Below, piece after piece: positions 20,154 to 31,176 of a stretch of DNA of 64,000 nucleotides. Under the pieces are notes generated by a model. It was given only the letters and a program-made list of their open reading frames with translations. It was not told the origin of the DNA and searched no databases. This DNA comes from Terriglobia bacterium (lineage in GTDB: Bacteria > Acidobacteriota > Terriglobia > JAJPHL01 > JAPKYU01), in contig CBDCVK010000010.1 of assembly GCA_965223005.1 (NCBI GenBank), positions 576,001 through 640,000 of the forward strand, written 5' to 3'. Position 1 is the first letter of the stretch, and the number at the start of each line of letters is the position of its first letter. Both the position numbers and the translations under genes were made by a program.

Positions 20154-21584
20154 TCAGGCTCGCCGCCATTCTCCGACGCGCACTAGTTTCATCAGGTTCG
20201 TGCCGCCGGGCGCGGTGAAAGGACTGCCGGCCACGGCCGCCACAATATCGCCCCGGGCGACTAGCTTCTTTTGCAGCAAGATCTTTTCCGCCGAAGCGAT
20301 GGTGGTATCGGTGTCGGAAACCAGCGGCATGAGCCGCGGCTGCACGCCCCAGTAGAGAGCCACCCGTTGGCAGGTCCGCTGCTCCGGGCAGAAGGCGTAG
20401 ATGGGGGGCACAGGACGGTACTTGGAGATCAGCCGAGCTGTGGAACCACTGCGGGTGAAGACCACGACCGCCTTGACGTCCAGTTCTTCTGTCACGTGGG
20501 CCACGCTCTCGCTGACCGCCTCCGCGACATTGTGCTCGTGCATCGCCCGCCGCAGCCGGGGATGGATCTCGCTCATGTGCCTCTCGGCCTCTTCGGCAAT
20601 GCGCGCCATCATCGCCACGGCTTCGCGCGGGTATTTCCCGCTGGCAGTCTCGCCGGAAAGCATCACCGCGTCGGTGCCATCGAAAATGGCATTGGCGACG
20701 TCGCTGGCCTCGGCCCGGGTGGGGCGGGGATTCTCGGTCATCGACTCCAGCATCTGGGTAGCGGTAACTACCGGAACCTTGGCGGCGCGGGCCCTCTCGA
20801 TGATGCGCTTCTGCGCCATCGGGACCTTCTCCGGCGACATCTCTACGCCCAGGTCCCCCCGGGCAACCATGACCGCGTCGCTGATCTTCAGGATGTTTTC
20901 CAGGTCCTCGATGGCCTCCGGCTTTTCCAGCTTAGCGACGACAGGAGTCTGGCTCTTCGAGCGCGCGATCACCTCCTTGACGGCGGCCACGTCCCGGGCG
21001 GTCCTCACGAAAGAGACCGCCACATAGTCCACTCCTTGCTCCAGGCCGAATTTCAGGTGCCGTTCGTCCTCTTTGGTCATCGCCGGGATGCGCAGCTTGG
21101 CGCCGGGCAAATTGACGCCTTTGTGCTCACCCAACAGCCCGCCGTTCTGGACCCTACAGACCACGTCGTTGCCGTGGCAGCTCTTCACCTGCAGCTCGAT
21201 CAACCCGTCGGCCAGCAGGATCCGGTCACCGGGGCGCACGTCCCGGCCCAGCCGGGAATAGCTGACGGAAAAGCGGCGGGAGTTGCCGACAATTTCCTTG
21301 GGTGTCAACTGCAGCGTCTGGCCGGCCCGCAGCGTTACCGGACGGCCCTGCTCGAGACGACCGGTGCGAATCTTCGGTCCGGGCAGATCTTGCAGGATGG
21401 CCAGGTGGCGCTTCTCGGCCGCGGCCACTTCCCGCACCAGCCGGATGAGGCGTGCGTGCTGCTGGTGGGTCCCGTGAGAAAAGTTAAGCCGCACCACGTC
21501 TGCCCCGGCCCGCACCAGCGCTCGCACGCCTTCCCGGGTGTTCGTGGCCGGCCCTACTGTAGCTATGATCTTGGCTTTTCGCAT
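20154..21584 (-). CDS. pyk: Pyruvate kinase
   Basis: 'KIIATVGPA', 'RLNFSHG', 'MVARGDLGVE', 'MLSGETA'. Confidence 0.97.
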   Translation of the reverse strand: MRKAKIIATVGPATNTREGVRALVRAGADVVRLNFSHGTHQQHARLIRLVREVAAAEKRHLAILQDLPGPKIRTGRLEQGRPVTLRAGQTLQLTPKEIVGNSRRFSVSYSRLGRDVRPGDRILLADGLIELQVKSCHGNDVVCRVQNGGLLGEHKGVNLPGAKLRIPAMTKEDERHLKFGLEQGVDYVAVSFVRTARDVAAVKEVIARSKSQTPVVAKLEKPEAIEDLENILKISDAVMVARGDLGVEMSPEKVPMAQKRIIERARAAKVPVVTATQMLESMTENPRPTRAEASDVANAIFDGTDAVMLSGETASGKYPREAVAMMARIAEEAERHMSEIHPRLRRAMHEHNVAEAVSESVAHVTEELDVKAVVVFTRSGSTARLISKYRPVPPIYAFCPEQRTCQRVALYWGVQPRLMPLVSDTDTTIASAEKILLQKKLVARGDIVAAVAGSPFTAPGGTNLMKLVRVGEWRRA

Positions 21585-21771
21585 GGTCAGGTCCGACTGT
21601 TATACCCCACCGCCTGCCCTTTGCAAAGCAGTACGTTTGGCCCCACAGGCCGCCCGGCCCGGTGCCTGCCGGCAAGCGGTCAAGCCGGGCTTCACCGCGC
21701 CAGAAGCACAGTGTGGCATGCTATGCTGAACGCCCGGAGGAGACCCCGAAAGAACCCCTGGAGGAACAAGG

Positions 21772-22944
21772 ATGCGCTTCGCAGAGCGGATGAGTCGGCT
21801 AGGAACCGAGACGGCGTTTGAGGTGCTGGCGCGGGCTCGCAAGCTGGAGGCGGCCGGACGTGACATTGTCCACCTGGAAATCGGCGAGCCTGACTTCCCC
21901 ACCGAGCCTCACATTGTGGCTGCCGCTGAGGCCGCCTTGCAGCAAGGCTGGACTCATTACGGCCCTTCCCAAGGCTACCCGGAGCTGCGGGAAGCCATCG
22001 CCGAGCAAGTCTCCTCCAGCCGCGGCATCCGGGTCACGCCCGAGCAGGTAGTGGTGGTGCCAGGCGCCAAACCCATCTTGTTCTTCACTCTGCTGGCTCT
22101 GCTGGAACCGGGCGACGAGGTGCTCTACCCCAACCCCGGCTTCCCCATCTACGAGTCCATGATCCGCTACCTGGGGGCGCAGCCTAAGCCGCTCCGGCTG
22201 TCAGAGGAGCGCGGCTTTTCGCTGGACCTCAACTCGTTGGCGGAACAACTCAGCGACCGCACCAGGCTGCTGATTCTGAATTCGCCTCATAACCCCACCG
22301 GCGGCATCATTCCCAAAGAAGACCTCAGCGAGATCGCGCGCCTGTGTGCTGACCGCGACCTCGTGGTGCTCTCTGACGAGGTCTACAGCCAGATTCTTTA
22401 TGAAGACCAGCACTGCTCGATCGCCTCCTTCCCCGGCATGGGAGAGAAGACGATCATCCTGGACGGCTTCTCCAAGACCTATGCCATGACCGGCTGGCGC
22501 CTCGGCTATGGGGTGATGCCGGTGGAGTTGGCCCAGCACGTGGTCCGATTGCAGGTCAACTCCACCTCCTGCACGGCCAGCTTCACGCAGCGAGCGGGGA
22601 TCGAGGCCCTGCGAGGCCCCCAAGATGCTGTACGGAAAATGGTCGAGGAGTTTCACCGCCGCCGGGACCTGATGGTGGACGGGCTGAACCGCATCCCGGG
22701 CTTTCGCTGCACCCTGCCGCGCGGCGCCTTCTACGCGTTTCCAAACGTCTCAGCCACCGGCAAGCCCTCGCGGCAGATCGCCAACCTGCTGCTGGACTCG
22801 GCCGGGGTGGCCTGCCTTGCCGGGGAGGACTTTGGCCAATACGGGGAGGGTTACCTGCGCTTCTCCTACGCCAACTCTCAGGAAAATATTCAGAAGGCGA
22901 TCGAGCGCATTGGTTCCACCGTCGCCGAAGCCGTCCGCGCCTGA
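21772..22944 (+). CDS. PLP-dependent class I/II (aspartate-type) aminotransferase
   Basis: 'IGEPDF', 'NSPHNPTG', 'SDEVY', 'GFSKTYAMTGWRLGY'. Confidence 0.93.
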   Translation: MRFAERMSRLGTETAFEVLARARKLEAAGRDIVHLEIGEPDFPTEPHIVAAAEAALQQGWTHYGPSQGYPELREAIAEQVSSSRGIRVTPEQVVVVPGAKPILFFTLLALLEPGDEVLYPNPGFPIYESMIRYLGAQPKPLRLSEERGFSLDLNSLAEQLSDRTRLLILNSPHNPTGGIIPKEDLSEIARLCADRDLVVLSDEVYSQILYEDQHCSIASFPGMGEKTIILDGFSKTYAMTGWRLGYGVMPVELAQHVVRLQVNSTSCTASFTQRAGIEALRGPQDAVRKMVEEFHRRRDLMVDGLNRIPGFRCTLPRGAFYAFPNVSATGKPSRQIANLLLDSAGVACLAGEDFGQYGEGYLRFSYANSQENIQKAIERIGSTVAEAVRA

Positions 22945-23055
22945 CCTGCGAGTCCGGCGCTGTCAACCTGTGCCACCACTTCGCTAGTGGGTCAGTTTCA
23001 CCAATGCCGGATAGGTCCCCACAAACGGGCTACAATGCTGCGTCGTTCGCCAGAC

Positions 23056-23439
23056 TTATCCTGCCGGAGCCTCGTGCAGTGCGACTCGGTTGCCCTCACA
23101 ATCTTCAAAGTAGGCAATGAAGCCGTGCTGACCGATGCTAGTGCGTGGCATGAGCGTCTTGCCGCCAGCTTCTCCGATCCTGGCCAGTGCAGCGTCGATT
23201 TTGGAAACGCCGATGTAAACAAGTGAACCGTGATGAGAAGGCGTATAGCTGTCTGCTTGAATAAGCGTTCCGGCTGAACCAGCTGCACCCATTTCCATGG
23301 GGAACCACGCCATCTTGCTCGGTCCCATTTCAGTCTGCGTAAGCTCTCCGCCAAACGCAGACTCATAGAACGTTTTTGCTCTTGCAATGTTGCTGACGGG
23401 AATCTCGAACCAGACAACGGGATTGGGCTTGATAGACAT
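23056..23439 (-). CDS. VOC/glyoxalase-family protein
   Basis: 'NPVVWFEIPVSNIARAKTFYE', 'FEDCEGNRVALH'. Confidence 0.9.
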   Translation of the reverse strand: MSIKPNPVVWFEIPVSNIARAKTFYESAFGGELTQTEMGPSKMAWFPMEMGAAGSAGTLIQADSYTPSHHGSLVYIGVSKIDAALARIGEAGGKTLMPRTSIGQHGFIAYFEDCEGNRVALHEAPAG

Positions 23440-23494
23440 TTCCGTTTTCTCCTCGGTATGCGTTATCTGATGATCAAAGCTAGCCGCTGCCGGC

Positions 23495-24112
23495 TTACTT
23501 TGGAAACTTCGGGTCCGCCATGACCTCCTCGATTTGCTTGTTGTGCCGCTGGTTGTGCAATGCCGCGAAGCGAATCCAGTGTGCGGCGCTGAGTTGACCC
23601 AAAGGCGTACCGCTGTCGTCGACATGCGCCTTGTAGGCCTTCGAGCCGTTCTTGGCGCGTTCGATCATTCTCGATCTTGCGGCCGAGTACTTGTTGACGA
23701 TCTCGTCGCGGCTCATTTTGCCTTGGGGTACGAACTCAGGCGGCGCTTGAACGCGGTTGGTGCGGTCTGGAATGACCTGGGTCATGAGTTGGATCTTGCC
23801 CTCAGTCAGCTTCCCCCAATCGGGGTTGGGCTTGCCGGCCATCAGCCCGTCCACGCGTTTGTGGAATCCGGTCTCGGTCAAGTAAAGGTGCTCAACAACC
23901 TCACCGGCCGACCACCGGTCCGGGCCTGGCTTGAACTTCCACTGCTCGTCGGTGAGTGGGGCGATCTTGGTCAGAGTGCCGCCACGGCTTTCCTGCAGCA
24001 GAGCAACAACCTCGGCGCTTTCTTGCGCGGAAAAGCTGCCGTCCCCGCCGGGGGAACCCGCGAGCAGAAGGGCGGAAGCAATGAGCGAAACGACGAACTT
24101 CATGCGAGTCAT
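23495..24112 (-). CDS. DinB-family protein with signal peptide
   Basis: 'QWKFKPGPDRWSAGEVVEHL', 'HNQRHNKQIEE'. Confidence 0.88.
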   Translation of the reverse strand: MTRMKFVVSLIASALLLAGSPGGDGSFSAQESAEVVALLQESRGGTLTKIAPLTDEQWKFKPGPDRWSAGEVVEHLYLTETGFHKRVDGLMAGKPNPDWGKLTEGKIQLMTQVIPDRTNRVQAPPEFVPQGKMSRDEIVNKYSAARSRMIERAKNGSKAYKAHVDDSGTPLGQLSAAHWIRFAALHNQRHNKQIEEVMADPKFPK

Positions 24113-24150
24113 ATGGGTCTCCTTTCGACCCGCTACCCTATAGCAAGTCG

Positions 24151-24165
24151 CTTGCAGTATGCAAG
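24151..24165. promoter_or_regulatory. Candidate operator between divergent dinB and hxlR-like genes
   Basis: Perfect palindrome CTTGCA-GTA-TGCAAG. Confidence 0.55.
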
Positions 24166-24285
24166 TGATATCTTCTCGCCGACCTGTTCGTTGCGAACGC
24201 AGCCGCAGTTCAGTTCACGTTTTTCGCCGCTCTCCGCCAACTTGCCCTCCGCCGGGCATGGAATCGGGAATAGAATAATGATCTG

Positions 24286-24741
24286 GTGTCTCGCCAAGGT
24301 GAGCCAAACAGGCGGTCGAGGTGTCCGGTGAACGTCTCTGTGGAGATCTTTGGCGATAGCTGGTCCTTGTTAGTGATTCGGGACCTTATGTTCAGGGGGG
24401 CGCACTCCTTCAAGGATCTAATGGGTGGAGGCGAAGGAATCTCCACCAACATCCTCACAGATCGCCTTGAGCAACTCGTGGCCCACGGGATTGTCGAGAA
24501 GGTCCAGCGGGCGGCGGACCGCCGTCAGAACATCTACCAGCTTACAGAGAAAGGCATCGACTTGGTGCCTGTACTATTGGAAATGGCCCTTTGGGGAGCC
24601 CGCTACGAAGAAACGGATGCTCCGACAGCTGTGATTCGAGAGATGGAATCGAACCGCGATGACTTCCTGGTGAAAGTTAGGAAAAAGTGGGAGGAGGACC
24701 GTAGGCGTCTCGATGCCGAGGCTTCGGATGATCAAAGATGA
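24286..24741 (+). CDS. HxlR-family winged-helix regulator
   Basis: 'RSRCPVNVSVEIFGDSWSLLVIRDL', 'YQLTEKGIDL'. Confidence 0.92.
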   Translation: MSRQGEPNRRSRCPVNVSVEIFGDSWSLLVIRDLMFRGAHSFKDLMGGGEGISTNILTDRLEQLVAHGIVEKVQRAADRRQNIYQLTEKGIDLVPVLLEMALWGARYEETDAPTAVIREMESNRDDFLVKVRKKWEEDRRRLDAEASDDQR

Positions 24742-25050
24742 CTCACCAGCGATGCTGGATAGGTCACCACTAACGGGCTAGTGTTTACCAATCCCAGTTT
24801 CAGTTGGGCGAATCGTCGGCTTCCCGGAAACTGGCCCTCTGCCAGCCCTTCCAAGAACTTGCAATACGGTTCTCAAGCTGCTAAGCACCGGGCGAATGCA
24901 GCCACTGGGAAATGCGGCGGGTCGCGGAAACGCTGGCCCAGGCAACCACCTGCACCAGATGGGCCTCATCCGGCTGCCTCTCCCGGACCGCCTCGATTCG
25001 TTATTGACGCACCTCGTGCGCGGCCCATCTGCGTTCGACGAAAGGATAGG

Positions 25051-28014
25051 CTATGGCCCGTCGCTGGCTTGGTTGCCGGCCAGCGCAGAGAAGCGGCGGC
25101 GGGTCTCCTCGGACCAGCCGGGAATCACTTCGGCCACCGTTCCCCCCGCGTTGAGCAGAACCGACAGAGGCACGGAGAGTTCGTCGGAAGCATACAGCTG
25201 TTCGACGGCCGGAATCCCACCGATATAGATCGGATAGCGGACGCCGGTGTCGGCCACAAACCCGCGGACGTTGGCGTCGGCTTCGGTGTCCACATTGAGG
25301 CCGATCAAGTCGACCCCTCCGGCTGAAAGCTTGGGGCGGAGTTTTTCCAGCTCCGGCATCTCCAGGATGCAGGGCGCGCACCAAGTGGCCCAGACATTGA
25401 TCAGCGCCCGGCGGCCCGGGCGAAGCTGTTTGTAGAGGGAAGTTGCCTCTCCGTCCAATGTCTTCAGCGCCAGATCGGGCATGGGGCGGCCGACGCTGAT
25501 CTTCAGCTTGCGCGCAAAGGTTTCGGCGCGAGTGAGCGGATCGGGCAGTTGGGCGCGGCCGAGGGCAAGCGTTTCGGCGCGACCGGCGCCGGCACGCAGC
25601 AGCAGCGTCGAGCCGGCCCGGGCGTCGGCCTGGAAACGCTCGACTTCCCCATTGGGCCAGGTCACCTCGATCCATTCGGCGCGCTCCTCCGATCCCAGCC
25701 CGAACAGCAGGCGCGGGTCGTGCTGCGCAATGAAGCCTGAGCCGCCGCTTTTGACTTTGGTCACCGTGCCCGCCGAAGTGCGCAGTCGCACAACCGCGCC
25801 ATAGGCGTCGCGCCCCAGCGCGGGGCTGCCTTCCAGCACGATCCGCAGGAAATGGTTGGCCTGCCCGATATTGTTGCGAAACAGCAGGTGTGCTTCCCCC
25901 TGGATGGTGGTTAGAAACACGTCCAGATCGCCGTCGTTATCGAAATCGGCAAACACCGCCGCGCGGCCATCGCTAATCGAGTCAATTCCAGAGATTCCGG
26001 AGACGTCCAAATACTTGCCCGTGCCCAGGTTCAGGGAGAGCAGATCGCGTTCGTACCCGCTAAATGAGAATCCCTGTTGGGCGATCAGGCGCATTTGGTC
26101 GGCACGGAGCGCGCCCTGCCCCTGTTTCGGATTCTTGTCTTGCGCCACGACCTGACGCCAGAACTGACTTCAGGTGTCCTTCATGGAACTGCCGGAGAGG
26201 AACCCATTGGGGGTCAGCAGATCCTCCCAGCCATCGTTATCGAAGTCGAGGAACCCACCCCCCCAGGCCCATCCGCCGGAGAAGCCAGCGCTCTCGGCGG
26301 TCACGTCCCGGTAGTAGCCGTTGCCGGCGTTCCGATACAGGTTGTTGCCCGAGGCCAGCTTCCGGTACACGTTGTTCCCGGCGCCAGCGCCGGGAAACAG
26401 CCGCGACACGATGCGGTTGCCTGCGGTCGAGGACATGTTGGTGACGTGCAGATCGAGCTCTCCGTCGTTGTCGTAATCGCCGAAGGAGACGCCCATGCCG
26501 TTGCCGGGGTCCACGACGCCGCGCTCCCGTGCCTCGTTCACGAACTTGTCCCCGTGGTGGATGAACAGGGCGTTTTCACCAAAGTCGTTGGCCACATAGA
26601 GGTCCAGGCGCCCGTCTCTGTTGACGTCGGCGAAGGCGGCCGCGTAACTCCAGCGCCGCTCGTCCACGCCCCAGCGGGCCGCCTCCTCGCGAAAGGTGCC
26701 ATCGCCCTGATTGATGTACAGCAGGTTCGGCGTGCCGTTGGTGGCCCGGTACCAGGAATCTGGCGTTACCCGGCCGAAGTGGTTGTAGCAGGCAACGTAG
26801 ATGTCGGCATATCCGTCGCCGTTCACGTCTCCGGCCACGGCGCTGAACCCAATCGCCTGCCGGCCTACCCCGGCCTTCCAGGAAACATCGCGAAGTTCCA
26901 GTTTCCCGTCCGGCACCTGCCGGTTCTCCAAAAGCATCTGGTGCCCAACCGAGGAGAGGAACACGTCGGAATCGCCGTCATTGTCGTAATCGAGAACCAG
27001 GGGGGCCACCCCGCGGTCGAGCAGCTCCACGCCCGCTTCCAGGGAGGCGTCACGGAACCGGCCTTGTGCGTCGTTCAAATAAAGATAGTTGCGATCCGGC
27101 GAGGTCACGAACAGATCGATCCAGCCGTCAAGATTGAAATCCCCGGCCGCCGCCCCGTACCAGGCGAAGCTGGGTCCTCCCCGCTCCGCAAAAGCAGGCA
27201 GGCTGGCGGCCACGCCGGCCGGCACGGAGACTTCCGAGAACAGATCGGTAGTGGCCAGCATGGAATCCAGGCTCAGCAACTCGAACGATTCAAACTGCCA
27301 GCGCCCGCTGGCCGCCCGACGGACCGCGATCGCCGCCGCTCCCCGCGTCCATTCGCGCCGCCCGTTAGTGTCTCGGCCTACCAGGTAAAACTTCAGGCGC
27401 GCCGTTCCTTCGGAACCCACCTTGGCGGTGGGAACATTGGCCTCCATCTCAACATCAGCCGAATCAGCGAATTGGGCTCCCGCCACCTTGAAGCGCGCGT
27501 CTTCGATCGCCTCGAAGTGATCCAGGAAGGCGAATAACGCACCCAAGAACTCCTCCCCGGTCATGCTGTGTTTCACCTCGCGGGAGCGGTCGTTGCGTTG
27601 CGAGGAGTGGCGGGGACCCTGAGCATCCGCCGTCCATCCATGCCTGGCGACCCATCTCACTTCTTTCTGGACCGGCAGCGGAGTGGACCAGAAGGGGGTA
27701 GCCGACAACTGGGCGGGAACGTACTCGACCACTTGGTGCTGGTCCCGATCCCGCACGGCGAGTGACAGATCCAACATGTCGTTGGCCAACGATTCGGACA
27801 ACTCCTCTACCACTTCCAGCCGCGCCGCATCCGCCGTTGCATCCGTCGTTGGATCCGTGGTTCCGGCGCGCTTGGGAGCCGAGGCCGCGGGCGTTTCGCC
27901 CTGCGCCGAATCGGCCGGCGCCGCCGGGGGCTGCGCCGCTGGCTTCTGCGCAAACAAGATCGCTGCCAGGAGCAGGCAAATCAGGAAGATTGTTGATTGT
28001 CCCAGCTTGTTCAT
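25051..28014 (-). CDS. Predicted exported selenoprotein: FG-GAP/CRTAC1-like propeller, Sec615, ASPIC/UnbV, TlpA-like thioredoxin (987 aa with UGA read-through)
   Basis: ORFs 26170-28059 and 25051-26148 are in frame, separated only by TGA 26170-26172 (KDT*SQFWRQVV); repeated D.N/D.DG..D motifs on both sides; WCAPC; SECIS-like hairpin. Confidence 0.75.
26142..26172 (-). promoter_or_regulatory. Bacterial SECIS-like element
   Basis: UGA + 11 nt + GCGUCA-GGUCG-UGGCGC stem-loop. Confidence 0.7.
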
Positions 28015-28208
28015 GCTGATTTCGTAATAATACTGCGCGCCGTCCAAGGCTGCTGCCAAGCCAGGCTTGAACGCCTCGGCATTGCTCCCACCAGAAGCTG
28101 CCAGCCCGAAGCCTGACGCTTCAGGCTCTTTTCTCAGTTTACTCTGGTTTCAGCACTTCCCGCGCGGCATTTCACGAGATGAAAACAAGAGTGACAAAAG
28201 ACTGCGGG

Positions 28209-29798
28209 CTAGGGAGATTTTCTTGCGGTCAATTCCTCCGGCTGTTGCTGGTCGGTTGCGTCGGGCGCGGTCACGGGGCTCTGGGCGGCGGGCGGCTGGG
28301 GTTTCCAACGCAGGATGGGCCGGCGCGCGGCCGCCACTTCGTCCAGGCGGCCTACCCGGGTGGCGTGCGGCGCGTTGCGCACCGTCTCGGGTTCTTCTTC
28401 CACCTCACGGGCGATCGCGCGCATCGCCTCAATGAAGCAATCCAGCTCCTGCTTGCTCTCGGTTTCCGTCGGCTCGATCATCAGCGCGCCCTGGACGATC
28501 AGCGGGAAGCTGACGGTGTAGGGGTGAAAGCCGTAATCAATCAGGCGCTTGGCGATGTCGCCGGTGCGCACGCCGTGGCGCGCCTGGAGCCGGTCGCTGA
28601 AGACGCACTCGTGGAGCGACGCCTGGCGGTACGTCAGCTCGTAGAGGTCTTCCAGGTGCCTGCGGATGTAGTTGGCGTTGAGCACGGCGTCCTCCGCTAC
28701 CGCCCTAAGGCCGTTGCCGCCGTGCGCCAGAACGTAGGCCAGGGCACGCACCAGCACGCCAAAGTTGCCCACGAAGGCACGCACCCGACCGATGGAGTTT
28801 GGCCGCTGGTGGTTCAGGCGCAGCCGGCCATGCGGCCCTTCTTCCAGGACCGGCACCGGCAAGTACGGCTCCAGGTGTTTCTTCACGCAGACGGGGCCGG
28901 CCCCGGGACCGCCGCCGCCGTGCGGGGTGGAAAAGGTCTTGTGAAGGTTCAGGTGCATCACGTCCACCCCGAAGTCGCCAGGACGGGTCTTGCCCAACAG
29001 AGCATTCATGTTGGCGCCGTCCATGTAGAGCTGGGCGCCCCGGGCATGCAGGAGATCCGCAATGGAGGCGATCTGCTGTTCAAAAATCCCCAGCGTGTTG
29101 GGGTTGGTGATCATCAGCGCCGCGACCTGTTCGGTGACAGCTTTCTGGAGCGCTTCCAGATCCACACGGCCGTCACCGTTGGAGCGGACGTTCTCGACCG
29201 TGTAACCAGCTATCGATGCGGTCGCCGGATTGGTTCCGTGAGCCGAATCCGGGATCAGGATTTTCTTTCGCGGGTTCCCCTGCGCTTCAAGATAGGCGCG
29301 TACCAGCAGGATGCCGGTCAGCTCGCCCTGGGCGCCGGCAGCCGGCTGCAACGTCACCGTATCCATGCCGGTGATGTCCAGCAGGTAAGTGGAGAGCTGC
29401 CGCAAGATCTTCAAACAGCCCTGGGCCAGATCATCGGGCTGATAGGGGTGCTGGTCAGCAAGCCCTTCCAGACGCGCCACCACTTCATTGACCTTCGGGT
29501 TGTACTTCATGGTGCAGGAACCCAGCGGGTAGAATCCCGTTTCCACCCCGTAGTTCCAGCTTGAGAGGCGAGTGAAGTGGCGCACCAACTCCACTTCGCT
29601 GACCTCGGGGAAGTCGGCAATTTCGGCCCGCACATTGGCCTGGCCCAGCGTCGCGACCGGATCCACCTCCGGCACCTCCAGCGCTGGCAACTGCCAGGCG
29701 TGCTTGCCCGGCGAGGAGCGCTCAAAGATCAGCCCTTCATTTTGGCTGATGTGGCGCCGACGGAGATGGTGGCTGACGTGGGAGGCGGCTTTCTTCAT
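28209..29798 (-). CDS. gcvPB: Glycine dehydrogenase subunit 2
   Basis: '[12 protein letters not shown]', '[17 protein letters not shown]', 'IEPTETE'. Confidence 0.96.
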   Translation of the reverse strand: MKKAASHVSHHLRRRHISQNEGLIFERSSPGKHAWQLPALEVPEVDPVATLGQANVRAEIADFPEVSEVELVRHFTRLSSWNYGVETGFYPLGSCTMKYNPKVNEVVARLEGLADQHPYQPDDLAQGCLKILRQLSTYLLDITGMDTVTLQPAAGAQGELTGILLVRAYLEAQGNPRKKILIPDSAHGTNPATASIAGYTVENVRSNGDGRVDLEALQKAVTEQVAALMITNPNTLGIFEQQIASIADLLHARGAQLYMDGANMNALLGKTRPGDFGVDVMHLNLHKTFSTPHGGGGPGAGPVCVKKHLEPYLPVPVLEEGPHGRLRLNHQRPNSIGRVRAFVGNFGVLVRALAYVLAHGGNGLRAVAEDAVLNANYIRRHLEDLYELTYRQASLHECVFSDRLQARHGVRTGDIAKRLIDYGFHPYTVSFPLIVQGALMIEPTETESKQELDCFIEAMRAIAREVEEEPETVRNAPHATRVGRLDEVAAARRPILRWKPQPPAAQSPVTAPDATDQQQPEELTARKSP

Positions 29799-31096
29799 GC
29801 GAGCACCTCGACCAGTTGGTCAAGCTGCTCCCTGGTGTGGACCTCGGTCACGCACAGCAACAGCGCCTCGCCCAGTTCCGGGTAGAACGGCCTCAGGTCC
29901 AGGCCGCCCAGAATCTTCTTCTCACGCAGTGCCTGAAGCTTCCTGTCGGCTTCGCCTGGCCTCAGGGTCACTACGAACTCGTTAAAGAAAGGCCCGGAGA
30001 ACTGTAGCTTCAGGCCGGAGGCAGCGCAGTGCGCCTTGGCCAGGTTGTGGCGGGCCAGCTCTCGCAAGCCTTCCTTGCCGTAGACGGTCATAAAGATGGT
30101 AGCCGCCAGAGCGCACAGAGCCTGGTTGGTGCAGATGTTGGACGTGGCCTTCTCGCGGCGAATATGCTGCTCTCGGGTGGCCAGCGTCAGGCAGAAGCCG
30201 GGGCGGCCCTCGACGTCGGTGGTCTGCCCGACGAGGCGCCCGGGGAGGCTGCGCACGTACTTCTCCCGCGTGGCGATCACCCCGGCGTAGGGACCGCCGT
30301 AACTGGCTGGAATACCCAGGCCCTGAATCTCCATGGCGACGATGTCGGCAGCGGCCGGGGGCCGCAGCACGCCCAGCGAGACCGGTTCTGCGATTGCCAC
30401 CACGAGCAGCGCCCCGGCAGCGTGTGCGATTTCCGCCGCCCGCTCCACGTCCTCCACTACGCCGAAGAAGTTCGGGGACTGTACCACGACCGCCGCCAGA
30501 TCCTCCGGCACCGAGAACGGTGCGAGCGTGCCGTCCCGGCGGTCGTACTCCAGCTCCCGCACCTCAATCCCTTGATGGCGTATGTAGGTGGCCAGAACCT
30601 GCCGGTATTCCGGGTGGACAGAGCGCGCCACCAGCACCCTCGAGCGCCGGGTTATCCGCGCCGCCATCAGTACCGCCTCGGCCAGCGCGCTAGAGCCGTC
30701 GTACATCGAGGCGTTGGCCACCTCGGTCCCGGTCAACTGGCAGATCATGGTCTGGAACTCAAAGATGGATTGCAGCGTGCCTTGGGAGATCTCGGCCTGG
30801 TAGGGCGTGTAGGCGGTGTAAAACTCGCTGCGCGAGATCAGCGCATCCACCGCCACCGGCCGAAAATGCGGGTACACTCCCGCGCCGAGGAACGATACAT
30901 AACCACTCGCATTCTCACGTGCCCACTCGCGGAAATACCGCACGAGTTCGAATTCAGAGATGCCATCGGGAATGTTCAGCCCCCTCTGCAAACGGACCTC
31001 GGCGGGAATCGAGGCAAATAGCTCCTCCACGTGCTTCAGTCCCAGCGACTCCAGCATCTGCTGCCGTTCCGACTCCGACTTGGGCAGATAGCGCAT
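29795..31096 (-). CDS. gcvPA: Glycine dehydrogenase subunit 1
   Basis: '[13 protein letters not shown]', 'NASMYDG', '[17 protein letters not shown]'. Confidence 0.96.
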   Translation of the reverse strand: MRYLPKSESERQQMLESLGLKHVEELFASIPAEVRLQRGLNIPDGISEFELVRYFREWARENASGYVSFLGAGVYPHFRPVAVDALISRSEFYTAYTPYQAEISQGTLQSIFEFQTMICQLTGTEVANASMYDGSSALAEAVLMAARITRRSRVLVARSVHPEYRQVLATYIRHQGIEVRELEYDRRDGTLAPFSVPEDLAAVVVQSPNFFGVVEDVERAAEIAHAAGALLVVAIAEPVSLGVLRPPAAADIVAMEIQGLGIPASYGGPYAGVIATREKYVRSLPGRLVGQTTDVEGRPGFCLTLATREQHIRREKATSNICTNQALCALAATIFMTVYGKEGLRELARHNLAKAHCAASGLKLQFSGPFFNEFVVTLRPGEADRKLQALREKKILGGLDLRPFYPELGEALLLCVTEVHTREQLDQLVEVLA

Positions 31097-31176
31097 GTTC
31101 TTGAGTGAAGAGTGCCGATGAAGAGTGAACGGGCTTTGATTCCTTCACTCTTCCTTCACTCTTCAGGCACCGAGCT

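Noticed and set aside
20271-21821. 516-aa plus-strand ORF, and similar long ORFs at 28179-29564, 55948-57783 and 62223-63524
   Set aside because: Antisense shadows of pyk, gcvPB, ribosomal genes and purH, expected in high-GC coding DNA; no recognisable motifs.
24781-25050. Possible gene fragment between hxlR and the selenoprotein
   Set aside because: No frame gave a recognisable protein motif.
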